Assembly (NCBI GenBank): GCA_047606125.1
Contig: JASGEW010000131.1
Span: 7,406 to 71,405, forward strand
DNA from: Niabella sp.
GTDB taxonomy: Bacteria; Bacteroidota; Bacteroidia; Chitinophagales; Chitinophagaceae
DNA length: 64,000 nt
Reading direction: 5' to 3'
Position numbers and translations under genes: made by a program. The notes under the pieces were generated by a model, which worked only from the letters and a program-made list of their open reading frames with translations, had not been told where the DNA came from and ran no database searches. This document shows, one piece after another, positions 30,116 through 39,527 of this stretch; position 1 is the stretch's first letter; the number at the start of each line of letters is the position of its first letter.

Positions 30116-31215
30116 CTAAAATTAACAACAGTGTGTCTAATACGTCCGACATTCAACTTTGGACTTCTGACTTATTACCACCCAACCAACTCGGCTACTA
30201 TTTCCCCGCCGAATGGCATTTACATGAAGCCACCTGGTTAAGCTGGCCGCATAAGGAAGCATCATGGCCCGACAAAATTGATACGATATATCCTTATTAT
30301 ACACAGTTTATAAAAGAACTGACAAAAGGAGAAGCAGTTCGTATTAATGTTGCAGACAAAACAATGCAGGATTTTGCCACAAAACATTTACTTGCCAAAG
30401 AAGTTGATTTATCTAAAGTAAAATTCTTTTTTCACCCCACCAACGATGCCTGGTGCAGGGATCACGGACCGGCTTTTTTAATTAATCCTGCTGCAGCTAT
30501 AAAAAAAATAATTGTTGACTGGGGGTATAATGCCTGGGGCAATAAATATCCTCCCTTTGATCTGGATGATAACATTCCAACAAAAATAGGCGCTGCGTTC
30601 AATATACCGGTTGTGTATCCGGGCATTGTTATGGAGGGAGGGGCTGTAGAATTTAACGGGAAAGGAACCATACTTACTTCCACAGCCTGCCTGTTAAACG
30701 AAAACAGGAATCCTCACTTAAATCAGCAGCAGATCGAACAATACTTGTATGATTATTATGGAGCAGAGCAAGTGCTTTGGGTAGATGAAGGCATTGTGGG
30801 GGATGATACCGACGGGCATATTGACGATACGGTTCGTTTTGTAAATGAAGATACCGTGCTCACTGTCATAGAAGAAAATAAAGCTGATGAAAATTATGAG
30901 TTACTTCAGCATAATCTGCAACAACTAAAACAAATGCGCTTATTAAACGGGAAACAGCTGAATATTATCGAACTGCCGATGCCGGACGCTGTAATTTGGG
31001 AAGATCAAAGGTTACCCGCCTCGTATGCTAATTTCTATATAGCCAACCAGTCTGTAATCGTACCCACGTACCGCTGTAAGAAAGATGATATTGCACTACA
31101 AATTATCCAGGATCATTTTAAGGACAGAAAAGTAGTAGGGATCGATTCTACTGAAATTATATGGGGGTTAGGCAGCTTTCACTGCCTGAGCCAGCAGGAG
31201 CCGGCTATTGAATGA
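30112..31215 (+). CDS. aguA: Agmatine deiminase
   Basis: 367 aa. Has FPAEWHLHEATWLSWPH, WCRDHGP, GGAVEFNGKGT, DGHIDD and the C-terminal catalytic context GSFHCLSQQ. The exact start is uncertain: only ATG 30112 (or GTG 30133) precedes the conserved core. Confidence 0.88.
   Translation: MTKINNSVSNTSDIQLWTSDLLPPNQLGYYFPAEWHLHEATWLSWPHKEASWPDKIDTIYPYYTQFIKELTKGEAVRINVADKTMQDFATKHLLAKEVDLSKVKFFFHPTNDAWCRDHGPAFLINPAAAIKKIIVDWGYNAWGNKYPPFDLDDNIPTKIGAAFNIPVVYPGIVMEGGAVEFNGKGTILTSTACLLNENRNPHLNQQQIEQYLYDYYGAEQVLWVDEGIVGDDTDGHIDDTVRFVNEDTVLTVIEENKADENYELLQHNLQQLKQMRLLNGKQLNIIELPMPDAVIWEDQRLPASYANFYIANQSVIVPTYRCKKDDIALQIIQDHFKDRKVVGIDSTEIIWGLGSFHCLSQQEPAIE
30143..30175 (+). repeat. Pyrimidine-rich inverted copy of the GTCGGAAG-type repeat; right arm of the IVS-like cassette, inside the annotated aguA 5' end
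   Basis: caactttggacttctgac (30154-30171) is the reverse complement of gtcagaagtcggaagttg (29810-29827) at 16 of 18 positions. cgtccgac at 30143-30150 is another inverted unit. Confidence 0.7.
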
Positions 31216-31973
31216 TATTACCAATAATTAAATACTCAATAACATTTGTGCTCCTGGTTTTTGCATTTGCCTCGTGCAGGCAGATCAGGAAAAGTTATGA
31301 AGATACCCTTAAACCGCAACCTGGTTATGAGCAAAACCACAATGTATACCCCGGCAGTTCCTCATCTTCAACCACTACTTCGTCCGATACCACTATCGAA
31401 ACAAACGCCTCCGGAAATATTTCAAAAATAATAGATGAAGCTATGGCAAAAGCCGGGTTAAAATCCGGGCAATCCAATTACACCAGCATTTATGCAAGCG
31501 CCGATAAACTCGATAGCATACAACAGGAATTACAAAACCTCCCGAAGCTGAAAGGCAAAAAAGTAAATATGTACCAGCAATTGTATTTTTACGATTTCCA
31601 GGACGGCATCATATCTGTTCAGATACAGGATCCGGACATCCCGGAAAATGTAGATGAATATCGCTATGTCAGGGGGCAATGGCAACAGCCAACACCCGTA
31701 AAAATAACCGGTAATATCCCAATGAAAGATTACCTGTTCCTCCTCGAAAAAATAAAATTCTCTACTGCAAAAAAAGTGCACGACCAGGCCGGTAAAAAAG
31801 CTGATGAAACAGAAGGCAATAAAGCATCTGATCATGTATATTTTGACCACATGATTATACCGCTTTCAAGATCGGCCCATACAATATGGTATACCAGCAT
31901 CAGCGGAACCCGGCACGATTATTATCTTGATTTTGATGTGAACGGAAACCTGAAAAAAATACAGACTCGGTAA
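31212..31973 (+). CDS. Hypothetical lipoprotein
   Basis: 253 aa with lipobox LVFAFASC followed by a Ser/Thr-rich linker. The start overlaps the aguA stop (ATGA). I recognise no domain. Confidence 0.55.
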   Translation: MILPIIKYSITFVLLVFAFASCRQIRKSYEDTLKPQPGYEQNHNVYPGSSSSSTTTSSDTTIETNASGNISKIIDEAMAKAGLKSGQSNYTSIYASADKLDSIQQELQNLPKLKGKKVNMYQQLYFYDFQDGIISVQIQDPDIPENVDEYRYVRGQWQQPTPVKITGNIPMKDYLFLLEKIKFSTAKKVHDQAGKKADETEGNKASDHVYFDHMIIPLSRSAHTIWYTSISGTRHDYYLDFDVNGNLKKIQTR

Positions 31974-32009
31974 TAAACAGAGAAAAAGACCGTAATATTA
32001 TCTTTATGT

Positions 32010-32396
32010 TTATATAAGTTGCAGTTTGGCTACTTTAGGGTCTACTTCTACAACATCATCTTCAAAATTGAGTTTAATGCGCCATTTCTGAAGTGTAGCA
32101 GCACCAATGATTGCTTCTTCACTCAGGTTAGGAACTACTAAAAATTCGTCTGAAAGTAAAATATCATTAATATAAAAATCTAAAGCCACTCTATATTTTA
32201 CTTCAATAAAAAGACCTTCGCTGGCTGTCGCCAGTTTTCTTATTCGTCCTAACGGCTCTAATTCAGCAATGTCTTCAATATTATCCGGGTTGATGCAGGA
32301 AAGATTCGCGCCGCTGTCAAAAAGCGTATATAGATTTTTTTCGCCTTTTGAACCAACATACAACAAAGGAAATTTCAGGATGGACATACATAACAA
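32010..32396 (-). CDS. Retropepsin-like (clan AA) single-domain aspartic protease
   Basis: 128 aa. Has the catalytic triplet context LFDSGANLS and the downstream AIIGAATLQKW, typical of the retropepsin flap/dimer region. No signal peptide. The start may be ATG 32387. Confidence 0.6.
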   Translation of the reverse strand: MLCMSILKFPLLYVGSKGEKNLYTLFDSGANLSCINPDNIEDIAELEPLGRIRKLATASEGLFIEVKYRVALDFYINDILLSDEFLVVPNLSEEAIIGAATLQKWRIKLNFEDDVVEVDPKVAKLQLI

Positions 32397-32414
32397 TTTG
32401 TATAAAGTTACAAT

Positions 32415-33281
32415 TTATAAATTGTAAAACTTCATTGCATTTCCCCCATAAAATGCATCCTTCTCACTATCAGAAAACGGGCTGAAATAAGTATCCACAA
32501 TATTTTTCATTTTTTTATAGGACGCTGCCACCAGGCATACCGGCCAATCGCTGCCATACAGGATGCGATCAGTGCCAAAAGATGTTACAACAACATCCAG
32601 GTAAGGGATAAAGTCCTGTAATTTCCATTGTTTCCAATTGGCCTCTGTAACCATACCGCTGATCTTACAATAAATATTCGGGTTTTGCGCCAGCACCAGC
32701 ATATCCTGTTTCCAGCCGTCGATCTTTTTATCTTTAATATAGGGTTTGGCTATATGATCGATCACAAATTTCTGGTTGGGAAAAGCAGCAACCAGTTTTG
32801 CAGCATACTTTAGCTGATCAGGAAAAATTAATATATCATAGGTGAAATTGTATTTTTCCAACAGGCTGATACCGTTCATAAATTGCTTTCTCAGCATCAG
32901 CGCCCTGTCCTTTTCCCCCTGCAATACATGACGAAAACCCTTTAGTTTTTTATAATAACTAAAATGCGCCAGTTTTTCGCCGATATTTTTTGCCCGGAGG
33001 TCGACCCACCCCACCACACCTTTAACAAAATCATTCTGTAAAGCATTAGCCAGCTGGAAAAGATTTTCTGCTTCCGATTGATCGCTCTGAACGACCACAC
33101 AACCATCGATTCCATTTTCATTTAAAACAGGCTTCAGATCCTTTGGTAAGAAATCCCGTTGTATCTTTTTCATAGAGTCATCGATCCACGCATCACGAAC
33201 AGGATCGTATATCCAGAAATGCTGGTGGGCATCTATCTTTAGCGGCTTGCGTGTTGCTGAACATGATAAGGAGGTTCCCAT
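32415..33281 (-). CDS. Amidohydrolase-2 family protein (L-fucono/rhamnono-1,5-lactonase-like)
   Basis: About 289 aa from the ATG at 33281. Has KIDAHQHFW and LYGSDWPV, the metal-binding motifs of the family. The longer ORF from 33413 would overlap the upstream FAH gene by 110 nt. Confidence 0.7.
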   Translation of the reverse strand: MGTSLSCSATRKPLKIDAHQHFWIYDPVRDAWIDDSMKKIQRDFLPKDLKPVLNENGIDGCVVVQSDQSEAENLFQLANALQNDFVKGVVGWVDLRAKNIGEKLAHFSYYKKLKGFRHVLQGEKDRALMLRKQFMNGISLLEKYNFTYDILIFPDQLKYAAKLVAAFPNQKFVIDHIAKPYIKDKKIDGWKQDMLVLAQNPNIYCKISGMVTEANWKQWKLQDFIPYLDVVVTSFGTDRILYGSDWPVCLVAASYKKMKNIVDTYFSPFSDSEKDAFYGGNAMKFYNL

Positions 33282-33303
33282 AAAACATCTTTTTACTTGC
33301 TTA

Positions 33304-34155
33304 TCAGCTCCATGCCACGCAGGTCTGGCTCGATGTTCCCAACCCATCAATACCCAACTCAACCACATCCCCGGGTTTAAGGTAAACAGAAGGATTAAAG
33401 CCCATTCCCACACCAGCTGGGGTTCCTGTAGAGATTACATCACCAGGCAGTAAGGTCATAAACTGGCTTACATAAGCAATTATATAAGGCAGCTTAAAAA
33501 TAAAATTAGCCGTAGTGCCATCCTGCATGGTTTGTCCATTTACTTTTAACCAGAGATGCAGGTTATCAGGATCGGCTATTTCATCTTTTGTAGCAAGAAA
33601 AGGCCCCAGGGGTGCAAAAGTATCACAACCTTTTCCCTTATCCCAGGTGCCTGCACGTTCTAATTGAAATTCGCGCTCACTTACATCATTGTGCAATACG
33701 TAACCTGCCACATAATCCATCGCTTCTGCCTCATGTACATAGCTTGCTTTCTTTCCGATTACAAGAGCCAGTTCCACCTCCCAATCGGTTTTTACAGAAT
33801 TGCGCGGAATAACGATAGGATCATTAGGGCCGCAAAGCGAAGTGGTTGATTTCATAAAGATCACAGGTTCGGGAGGTATAGCAGCACCTGTTTCTTTAGC
33901 ATGATCCGCATAGTTCAATCCAATACAAAGGATCTTCGACGGGCGCGCTACCGGGCTGTCCAACCTTTCATTATCGTCAACCTTTGTAAGGCGCTCTTTA
34001 TTGTCTGCTACAAATTTCTCAAGTCTTGCAAGTCCGTCCGTTTCAAAAAACTGTTCATTATAATCCTCTCCAAATGCCGAGGTATCATACCTTACCTCAT
34101 CAACTATCACTCCTGTTTTAATATTGCCGGGCTGTCCGTAACGTATCAGTTTCAT
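33304..34155 (-). CDS. Fumarylacetoacetate hydrolase (FAH) family protein
   Basis: 283 aa. Has KILCIGLNYADHA, WEVELALVIGK and PGDVISTGTPAGVG. Confidence 0.85.
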   Translation of the reverse strand: MKLIRYGQPGNIKTGVIVDEVRYDTSAFGEDYNEQFFETDGLARLEKFVADNKERLTKVDDNERLDSPVARPSKILCIGLNYADHAKETGAAIPPEPVIFMKSTTSLCGPNDPIVIPRNSVKTDWEVELALVIGKKASYVHEAEAMDYVAGYVLHNDVSEREFQLERAGTWDKGKGCDTFAPLGPFLATKDEIADPDNLHLWLKVNGQTMQDGTTANFIFKLPYIIAYVSQFMTLLPGDVISTGTPAGVGMGFNPSVYLKPGDVVELGIDGLGTSSQTCVAWS

Positions 34156-34219
34156 ATTTTATAAGCTTAATGCAGAAAGCAGAAGGCCTAACGCTTTTAG
34201 CCTAATGCTTTTAGCGTTG

Positions 34220-34984
34220 TTAATTATTCAATTTAATAAACCCTCCGTCGATAGGATAATCACAACCGGTTATAAACGATGCTTCATCACTGCATAAATA
34301 TAAAATAAGCGCAGCAATTTCATCAGGTTTGGCCATACGGCCGATAGGCTGTGTTTGCGAAAGTTTTTCGAACATTTCGACTTCCCTACCGGGATAGTTC
34401 TTAGCCAGGAACCCATCTACAAACGGCGTATGCACACGGGCCGGAGAAATACAATTGCACCGGATATTATCTTTTATATAGTCCTTAGCAGTTGAAAGCG
34501 TCATGGCTAAAACTGCTCCCTTGCTCATGCTATAGGCAAACCGATCCGGTATACCAACACTTGAGGCAATAGAAGCAAGATTTAAAATAACACCACCGCC
34601 ATTCTGCTTCATCAATGGAATAGCCGCAAATAAACTGTTATAAACGCCTTTTACATTTACATTAAAAACTTTATCAAAATCTTCAGCCGTAGTCGTTTCT
34701 GCTTTACCGATATGAGAAACGCCGGCGCTATTTACCAAAACATCCACCCTGCCGGCACTTGTATATGCATGTACCACATCCTCCTGATCAGCTACATTTA
34801 CCTCGAGCGCAATTGCCGTACCGCCTGCAGCCTTAATCTCCCCTGCTGTTTTTTCTGCGGCCTCCTTATTCAAATCAGCAACATACACTTTGGCCCCCAC
34901 CTTGCCGAACAGTAAGCAGGTTACTTTTCCTATTCCGCTGCCGCCTCCGGTTACAATCGCTGTTTTATTATTTAACTGAAACAT
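34220..34984 (-). CDS. SDR-family oxidoreductase
   Basis: 254 aa. Has TGGGSGIG, NSAG and the YSMSKGAV catalytic Y-x3-K. Confidence 0.85.
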   Translation of the reverse strand: MFQLNNKTAIVTGGGSGIGKVTCLLFGKVGAKVYVADLNKEAAEKTAGEIKAAGGTAIALEVNVADQEDVVHAYTSAGRVDVLVNSAGVSHIGKAETTTAEDFDKVFNVNVKGVYNSLFAAIPLMKQNGGGVILNLASIASSVGIPDRFAYSMSKGAVLAMTLSTAKDYIKDNIRCNCISPARVHTPFVDGFLAKNYPGREVEMFEKLSQTQPIGRMAKPDEIAALILYLCSDEASFITGCDYPIDGGFIKLNN

Positions 34985-35067
34985 CGTTATTTATTTTGTA
35001 AGATGGCAAGATACTATTGTTAGATAATATATAAAAGGTTAAAATAAAAATACCGCAACACGCATAT

Positions 35068-35096
35068 AAAAAAACCGTTGCTGAATATTGCAACGG
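35068..35096 (-). terminator. Rho-independent terminator after dnaJ
   Basis: Minus strand reads ccgttgc-aatattca-gcaacgg followed by TTTTTTT. Confidence 0.65.
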
Positions 35097-35111
35097 CTGA
35101 TATCTTTTGCT

Positions 35112-36269
35112 TTAACTAAAAAGGTCTTTTATTTTATCGAAAAAACTTTTCTCTGCTTTCTCGGGTTGTGGTTTTAAATTGGGCGATTCTGATAGTTTTT
35201 CGAGGGCATCCTTTTCTTCCTCACTTAAATTTTGCGGTGTCCATACACTTACATGGATCAATTGATCGCCCTTTTCATAGCTCGAATGAACATTTGGAAA
35301 GCCTTTTCCTTTTAACCTGAAAACTTTGCCGCTTTGCGTGCCTGCAGGTACCTTGATCTTTGCACGGCCATCAATGGTGGGCACTTCTACATTTGTACCA
35401 AACACTGCATCTGTAAAAGAAATATGCAGGTCGTAAATAACGTTCAGTCCCTCACGTTGCAAATCAGGATGCGTTTCCTCCTCTATTAAAACGATCAGGT
35501 CGCCCGAAGCGCCTCCACGTTCTCCCGCATTGCCACGGCCGCTTACGCTTAGCTGCATACCGGCCTGTACGCCGGGCGGTACCTCAATCGAAATGGTTTC
35601 TTCGCCGTAAATCCTTCCACTTCCTTTACAATTGGAGCATTTTGAAGTAATGGTTGTACCCTCGCCATTACAATCAGGACAGGTTGTAACTGTTTGCATT
35701 TGCCCCAAGAAGGTGTTTTGAACACGCCTTACCTGTCCGCTTCCCTGGCAGGTGCTGCAAGTTTGTATACTGCCCCTGTCTTTGGCGCCATTGCCACCGC
35801 AGGTATTACAAACTGTGTATTTCTTTACCTTGATGTTTTTGGTAACACCCTTGGCAATTTCTTCATAAGACAACTTCAGCTTTACCCGTAGGTTGCTGCC
35901 CCGAACGCCCCGGGCACGCTGGCCGCCCCTTGCTCTGCCCCCGCCAAAAAAGCTTCCGAAAATATCATCACCAAATACATCCCCAAACTGGCTGAAGATA
36001 TCATCCATGTTCATACCGCCACCCCCAAAACCACGGCCCGAGCCACTTAACCCTGCATGGCCAAACCGGTCGTACTGAGCACGCTTATCGGTATCACTCA
36101 GCACCTCGTATGCCTCAGCAGCTTCTTTAAATTTCTCTTCTGCCACTTTATCACCCGGATTACGGTCGGGGTGATATTGCATAGCCACTTTCCTATAAGC
36201 CTTTTTTATTTCATCTGCAGTTGCAGTTTTGGAAATATTTAATACTTCGTAATAATCTCTTTTTGACAT
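35112..36269 (-). CDS. dnaJ: Molecular chaperone DnaJ
   Basis: 385 aa. J-domain with YHPDRNPGD, a G/F-rich linker, and four CxxCxGxG zinc-finger repeats. Confidence 0.97.
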   Translation of the reverse strand: MSKRDYYEVLNISKTATADEIKKAYRKVAMQYHPDRNPGDKVAEEKFKEAAEAYEVLSDTDKRAQYDRFGHAGLSGSGRGFGGGGMNMDDIFSQFGDVFGDDIFGSFFGGGRARGGQRARGVRGSNLRVKLKLSYEEIAKGVTKNIKVKKYTVCNTCGGNGAKDRGSIQTCSTCQGSGQVRRVQNTFLGQMQTVTTCPDCNGEGTTITSKCSNCKGSGRIYGEETISIEVPPGVQAGMQLSVSGRGNAGERGGASGDLIVLIEEETHPDLQREGLNVIYDLHISFTDAVFGTNVEVPTIDGRAKIKVPAGTQSGKVFRLKGKGFPNVHSSYEKGDQLIHVSVWTPQNLSEEEKDALEKLSESPNLKPQPEKAEKSFFDKIKDLFS

Positions 36270-36273
36270 ATTT

Positions 36274-36828
36274 TTATTTTCCTACCACAACTTTAGCATG
36301 GCGTATTAATTTGTCATTCAAATAATAACCTTTACTTATCTCATCTATTACTTTACCGGAAAGTTCCGCTGCCGGCGCCGGAATTTCAGTAATAGCTTCA
36401 TGCAGCTCGGGATCAAAATCGGCCCCCCTGGCTTCCATAACTTTAAGGCCCCTGGATTGTAAAATATTCCGGAACTTATTAAAAATCAGGTTGATCCCCT
36501 GTTTTTGCTGTTTATCCTTAGACCCGTCAAGCTCTTTACCCGCCCTGTCAATATCATCCAAAACATCTAACAGATCCACAATAATATCTTTTCCTGCGGT
36601 TTGTAAAAGCTCCAGCCTCTCTTTGGCTGTTCTCCTGCGGAAATTATCAAATTCCGCCGCCAGGCGCAAGTACTTATCTTTACTTTCTGCAAGTTCTGCT
36701 TCAAGAGCTTCTAAACGGGGCGCTTCATCAACGGGATCATTGAGATGCTCTGTGCCGCTCAGATTTTCATCAGCATTAATGTTTAACGCTTCCTGTTCAC
36801 TATAATTATCCTGGTTATGATTCATCAT
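36274..36828 (-). CDS. grpE: Nucleotide exchange factor GrpE
   Basis: 184 aa. Has [18 protein letters not shown] and [16 protein letters not shown]. Lies immediately upstream of dnaJ. Confidence 0.95.
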   Translation of the reverse strand: MMNHNQDNYSEQEALNINADENLSGTEHLNDPVDEAPRLEALEAELAESKDKYLRLAAEFDNFRRRTAKERLELLQTAGKDIIVDLLDVLDDIDRAGKELDGSKDKQQKQGINLIFNKFRNILQSRGLKVMEARGADFDPELHEAITEIPAPAAELSGKVIDEISKGYYLNDKLIRHAKVVVGK

Positions 36829-37041
36829 TGTAGAATTATGTTTAAGCCATTAACAAAATACAATTTTCCGGCAAAACTACGATTGTCAATAATATTGCCA
36901 ACCTAAAAATGAGGACAAATTGTCCGTTTTTACTTACAGTTCAGAAATGTAAGCGCAAAATTAAACTTATCTGTCTTTATATAGTCAATTGATATTTAAT
37001 ACAATCATTTAGCTTATTTTCACCGGTAGATATTTTCGTAT

Positions 37042-39432
37042 ATGAAAAAAAGAACCCCTGCCTTTTTGTTTAGCCTATCCTTTTTGTTAATTACTGCCGT
37101 TAACGCACAAACTATTGAAAACAGGCTTTCAGCCTGGAAAAAACTGAACCCGATTGAAAAGGTTTACCTGCATACAGACAGGGATGTGTATTATTCGGGA
37201 CAAACCATCTGGTTCAAAGGATACTTTCTGTCGGACTATGTGCCATCCGGCAGCAGCTCAACCCTGTATGTAGAACTGCTTAACAGCGCAGGCACCCTGA
37301 TCGTCAGAAATGTTTTTCCTGCCTATATGGGTTCGGCTCCCGGTCAAATAGATTTACCGCAAAACCTCCCCGGGGGAACCTACCAGCTCAGGGCATACTC
37401 TCCTGTTATGCTGAACCAGCCCGGATTTGTATTTACAAAAACCATACAAATCTTCGGAGTAGCTGTTAAGAATAAATCCGGAAACATTGCACCCGACAAA
37501 ACACAACTGGCATTTTTTCCGGAAGGCGGGAACTTTATAACGGGAATTTTGAATATTGTAGCTTTTAAAGCAACAGATAAAAACGGACTACCTGTAAATG
37601 TGGCGGGTTCTATTATAAATGATAAGGGGGAAACGATCTCGGATTTCCACAGCATGCATGACGGCATGGGAAGTTTTGCGATCATACCCCTTAGCAACAC
37701 CAGCTTTTATGCTGTTATAGAAGGAAGTACGGAGAAATATCCTTTGCCTCAATCTACAGCAAACGGTATTACACTGAGTATACAAAGCACCGAAAAAGGC
37801 AAACAAATAAGGATACTGCAGGCAAATGACAACCCCGACTTTCAACCGGCTTATCTCATCGGCCAGATGGAAAATGAAATACTGTTTAAACAGCCGCTGA
37901 AAAGCAGTAAAAAAGAGATCAATGTTCTTGTGGAAACAACAGGGGACTATTCCGGAATTATGCAGTTAACCGTATTTAACAAGGACAATATGCCGCTTGC
38001 TGAGCGCATTACTTTTATTGATAATAAAGATTATGTATTACCCGCTACCTTAAAATTAGACACTTTGGATACCGGAGCAAAAATGCGGAACCATTTCTCA
38101 ATAGCTTTACCAGATACCATTATCGGTAATTTCTCTGTTTCAGTTACAGATGCAGATTACGACGGGCCGGAAAACAGAACCCAGAACATTTTTTCCTGGT
38201 TTTTATTAAGCAGCAACATCAGGGGATATGTTCATAACCCTTCGTATTATTTCGCCTCTGCGGCCGATTCTGTAAAAAAAGCGCTGGATTTGGTGATGAT
38301 GACTAACGGATGGACCCGTTTTAAATGGACAGATGTAGCACAAAATAAATTGCCTGCCCCTCTTTATAAAGACCCCGGCTATATTAAACTGGATGGCACT
38401 GTAAATATCGACGGTACTAAAAAGCCGCTGGCTAACAGAGATATTATTATGATGATGTCGCCCACCGACACCACATACGGAAAGGGAGGCGTACCCCGCT
38501 TTCTGCATACCGACTCCCTCGGCAATTTTAAAATGGATTCATTGATCTTTTATGACAAGATGAAGATCCTCTTTTCAGATATACGGGGAAACAAAAGCAA
38601 ATACATTAAAGTGAAACTGGACGGCGACTCCATTCACCGGCGATATAATGTTTTGCCCACGGCCATACCGGCTGATGACAGCAGCACGTCTGAAGATCTG
38701 CAAAACAAGATGAAAAATGCATACAGCAGCTACCTGAGCGCTGAAGGTAAAACTTTAGAAACAGTAACCGTTCGGGCCCGCGAGAAATCAGTAGCCGAAA
38801 AACTGGATGAGCAATACGCAAGCGGCCTTTTTGCTAATAACATTAATGGCAAAACATTTGATTTAAGAGATGAAACTTTTTCGGGGGATGTGTTTCAATA
38901 CCTGCAGGGGCGTGTTCCGGGACTAAGCGTATCGGGCACACCAGGAAATTATGAGCTGAGTTACAGGGGCGGCGGCTTTGGCGGAAGCAATGTATCCTTG
39001 TACCTGGATGAAATGCCTACAGATGCCACCATGATCGAAAGCATACCTGTTAGCCAGATTGCAATGGTTAAATTACTGCCCAACTCAGTTGCAGCCCCCG
39101 GCGGTGGCACTGTATTAGCGGTTTACATGAAAAAAGGCGCCGATCTGTCAGCAGCTATCGATTCCCCCACAGATATTATTACTTATAACGGATATACGAT
39201 CGTTAAAGAATTTTACAACCCCGATTACGACAAAAATCCCCAGGCGGACAAGCCCGATAACAGGCTTACACTCAGTTGGAATCCGCACATTTTCTTTGCA
39301 AAAATAAATCCCGTCATTCCTGTTATCTTCTATAATAATGAACATACAAAACGGTTTAAGATTGTAGCCGAAGGGATCACCAATGACGGAAGAATGTTAA
39401 TGTTGGAAAAAATTATTGAACCTGGTAAATAA
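37042..39432 (+). CDS. Large secreted protein: MG2-like N-domain, CarboxypepD_reg-like domain, TonB-plug-like region, no barrel (tandem paralogue A)
   Basis: 796 aa. Signal peptide ends ...AVNAQ. Has KVYLHTDRDVYYSGQTIWFKGYF, FFPEGGNFITGILNIVAFKATDKNG, and the plug-like stretch ETVTVRAREKS...VFQYLQGRVPGLSVSG...LYLDEMPTD...VSQIAMVKLL. Only about 100 aa follow the plug-like region. Confidence 0.55.
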   Translation: MKKRTPAFLFSLSFLLITAVNAQTIENRLSAWKKLNPIEKVYLHTDRDVYYSGQTIWFKGYFLSDYVPSGSSSTLYVELLNSAGTLIVRNVFPAYMGSAPGQIDLPQNLPGGTYQLRAYSPVMLNQPGFVFTKTIQIFGVAVKNKSGNIAPDKTQLAFFPEGGNFITGILNIVAFKATDKNGLPVNVAGSIINDKGETISDFHSMHDGMGSFAIIPLSNTSFYAVIEGSTEKYPLPQSTANGITLSIQSTEKGKQIRILQANDNPDFQPAYLIGQMENEILFKQPLKSSKKEINVLVETTGDYSGIMQLTVFNKDNMPLAERITFIDNKDYVLPATLKLDTLDTGAKMRNHFSIALPDTIIGNFSVSVTDADYDGPENRTQNIFSWFLLSSNIRGYVHNPSYYFASAADSVKKALDLVMMTNGWTRFKWTDVAQNKLPAPLYKDPGYIKLDGTVNIDGTKKPLANRDIIMMMSPTDTTYGKGGVPRFLHTDSLGNFKMDSLIFYDKMKILFSDIRGNKSKYIKVKLDGDSIHRRYNVLPTAIPADDSSTSEDLQNKMKNAYSSYLSAEGKTLETVTVRAREKSVAEKLDEQYASGLFANNINGKTFDLRDETFSGDVFQYLQGRVPGLSVSGTPGNYELSYRGGGFGGSNVSLYLDEMPTDATMIESIPVSQIAMVKLLPNSVAAPGGGTVLAVYMKKGADLSAAIDSPTDIITYNGYTIVKEFYNPDYDKNPQADKPDNRLTLSWNPHIFFAKINPVIPVIFYNNEHTKRFKIVAEGITNDGRMLMLEKIIEPGK

Positions 39433-39527
39433 GCATTTATGTAAATTTTTTCCTAAATGCATCCTGAAAATACCGGCACACAAAAGGCTGGTGTTTTTTT
39501 CGTAACTTAAACATTCAAATAAGTGTT

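Noticed and set aside
36829-37041. Search for a CIRCE (TTAGCACTC-N9-GAGTGCTAA) heat-shock operator upstream of grpE-dnaJ
   Set aside because: I could not find this inverted repeat. Only a small ggaca-aat-tgtcc hairpin of unclear meaning is present.
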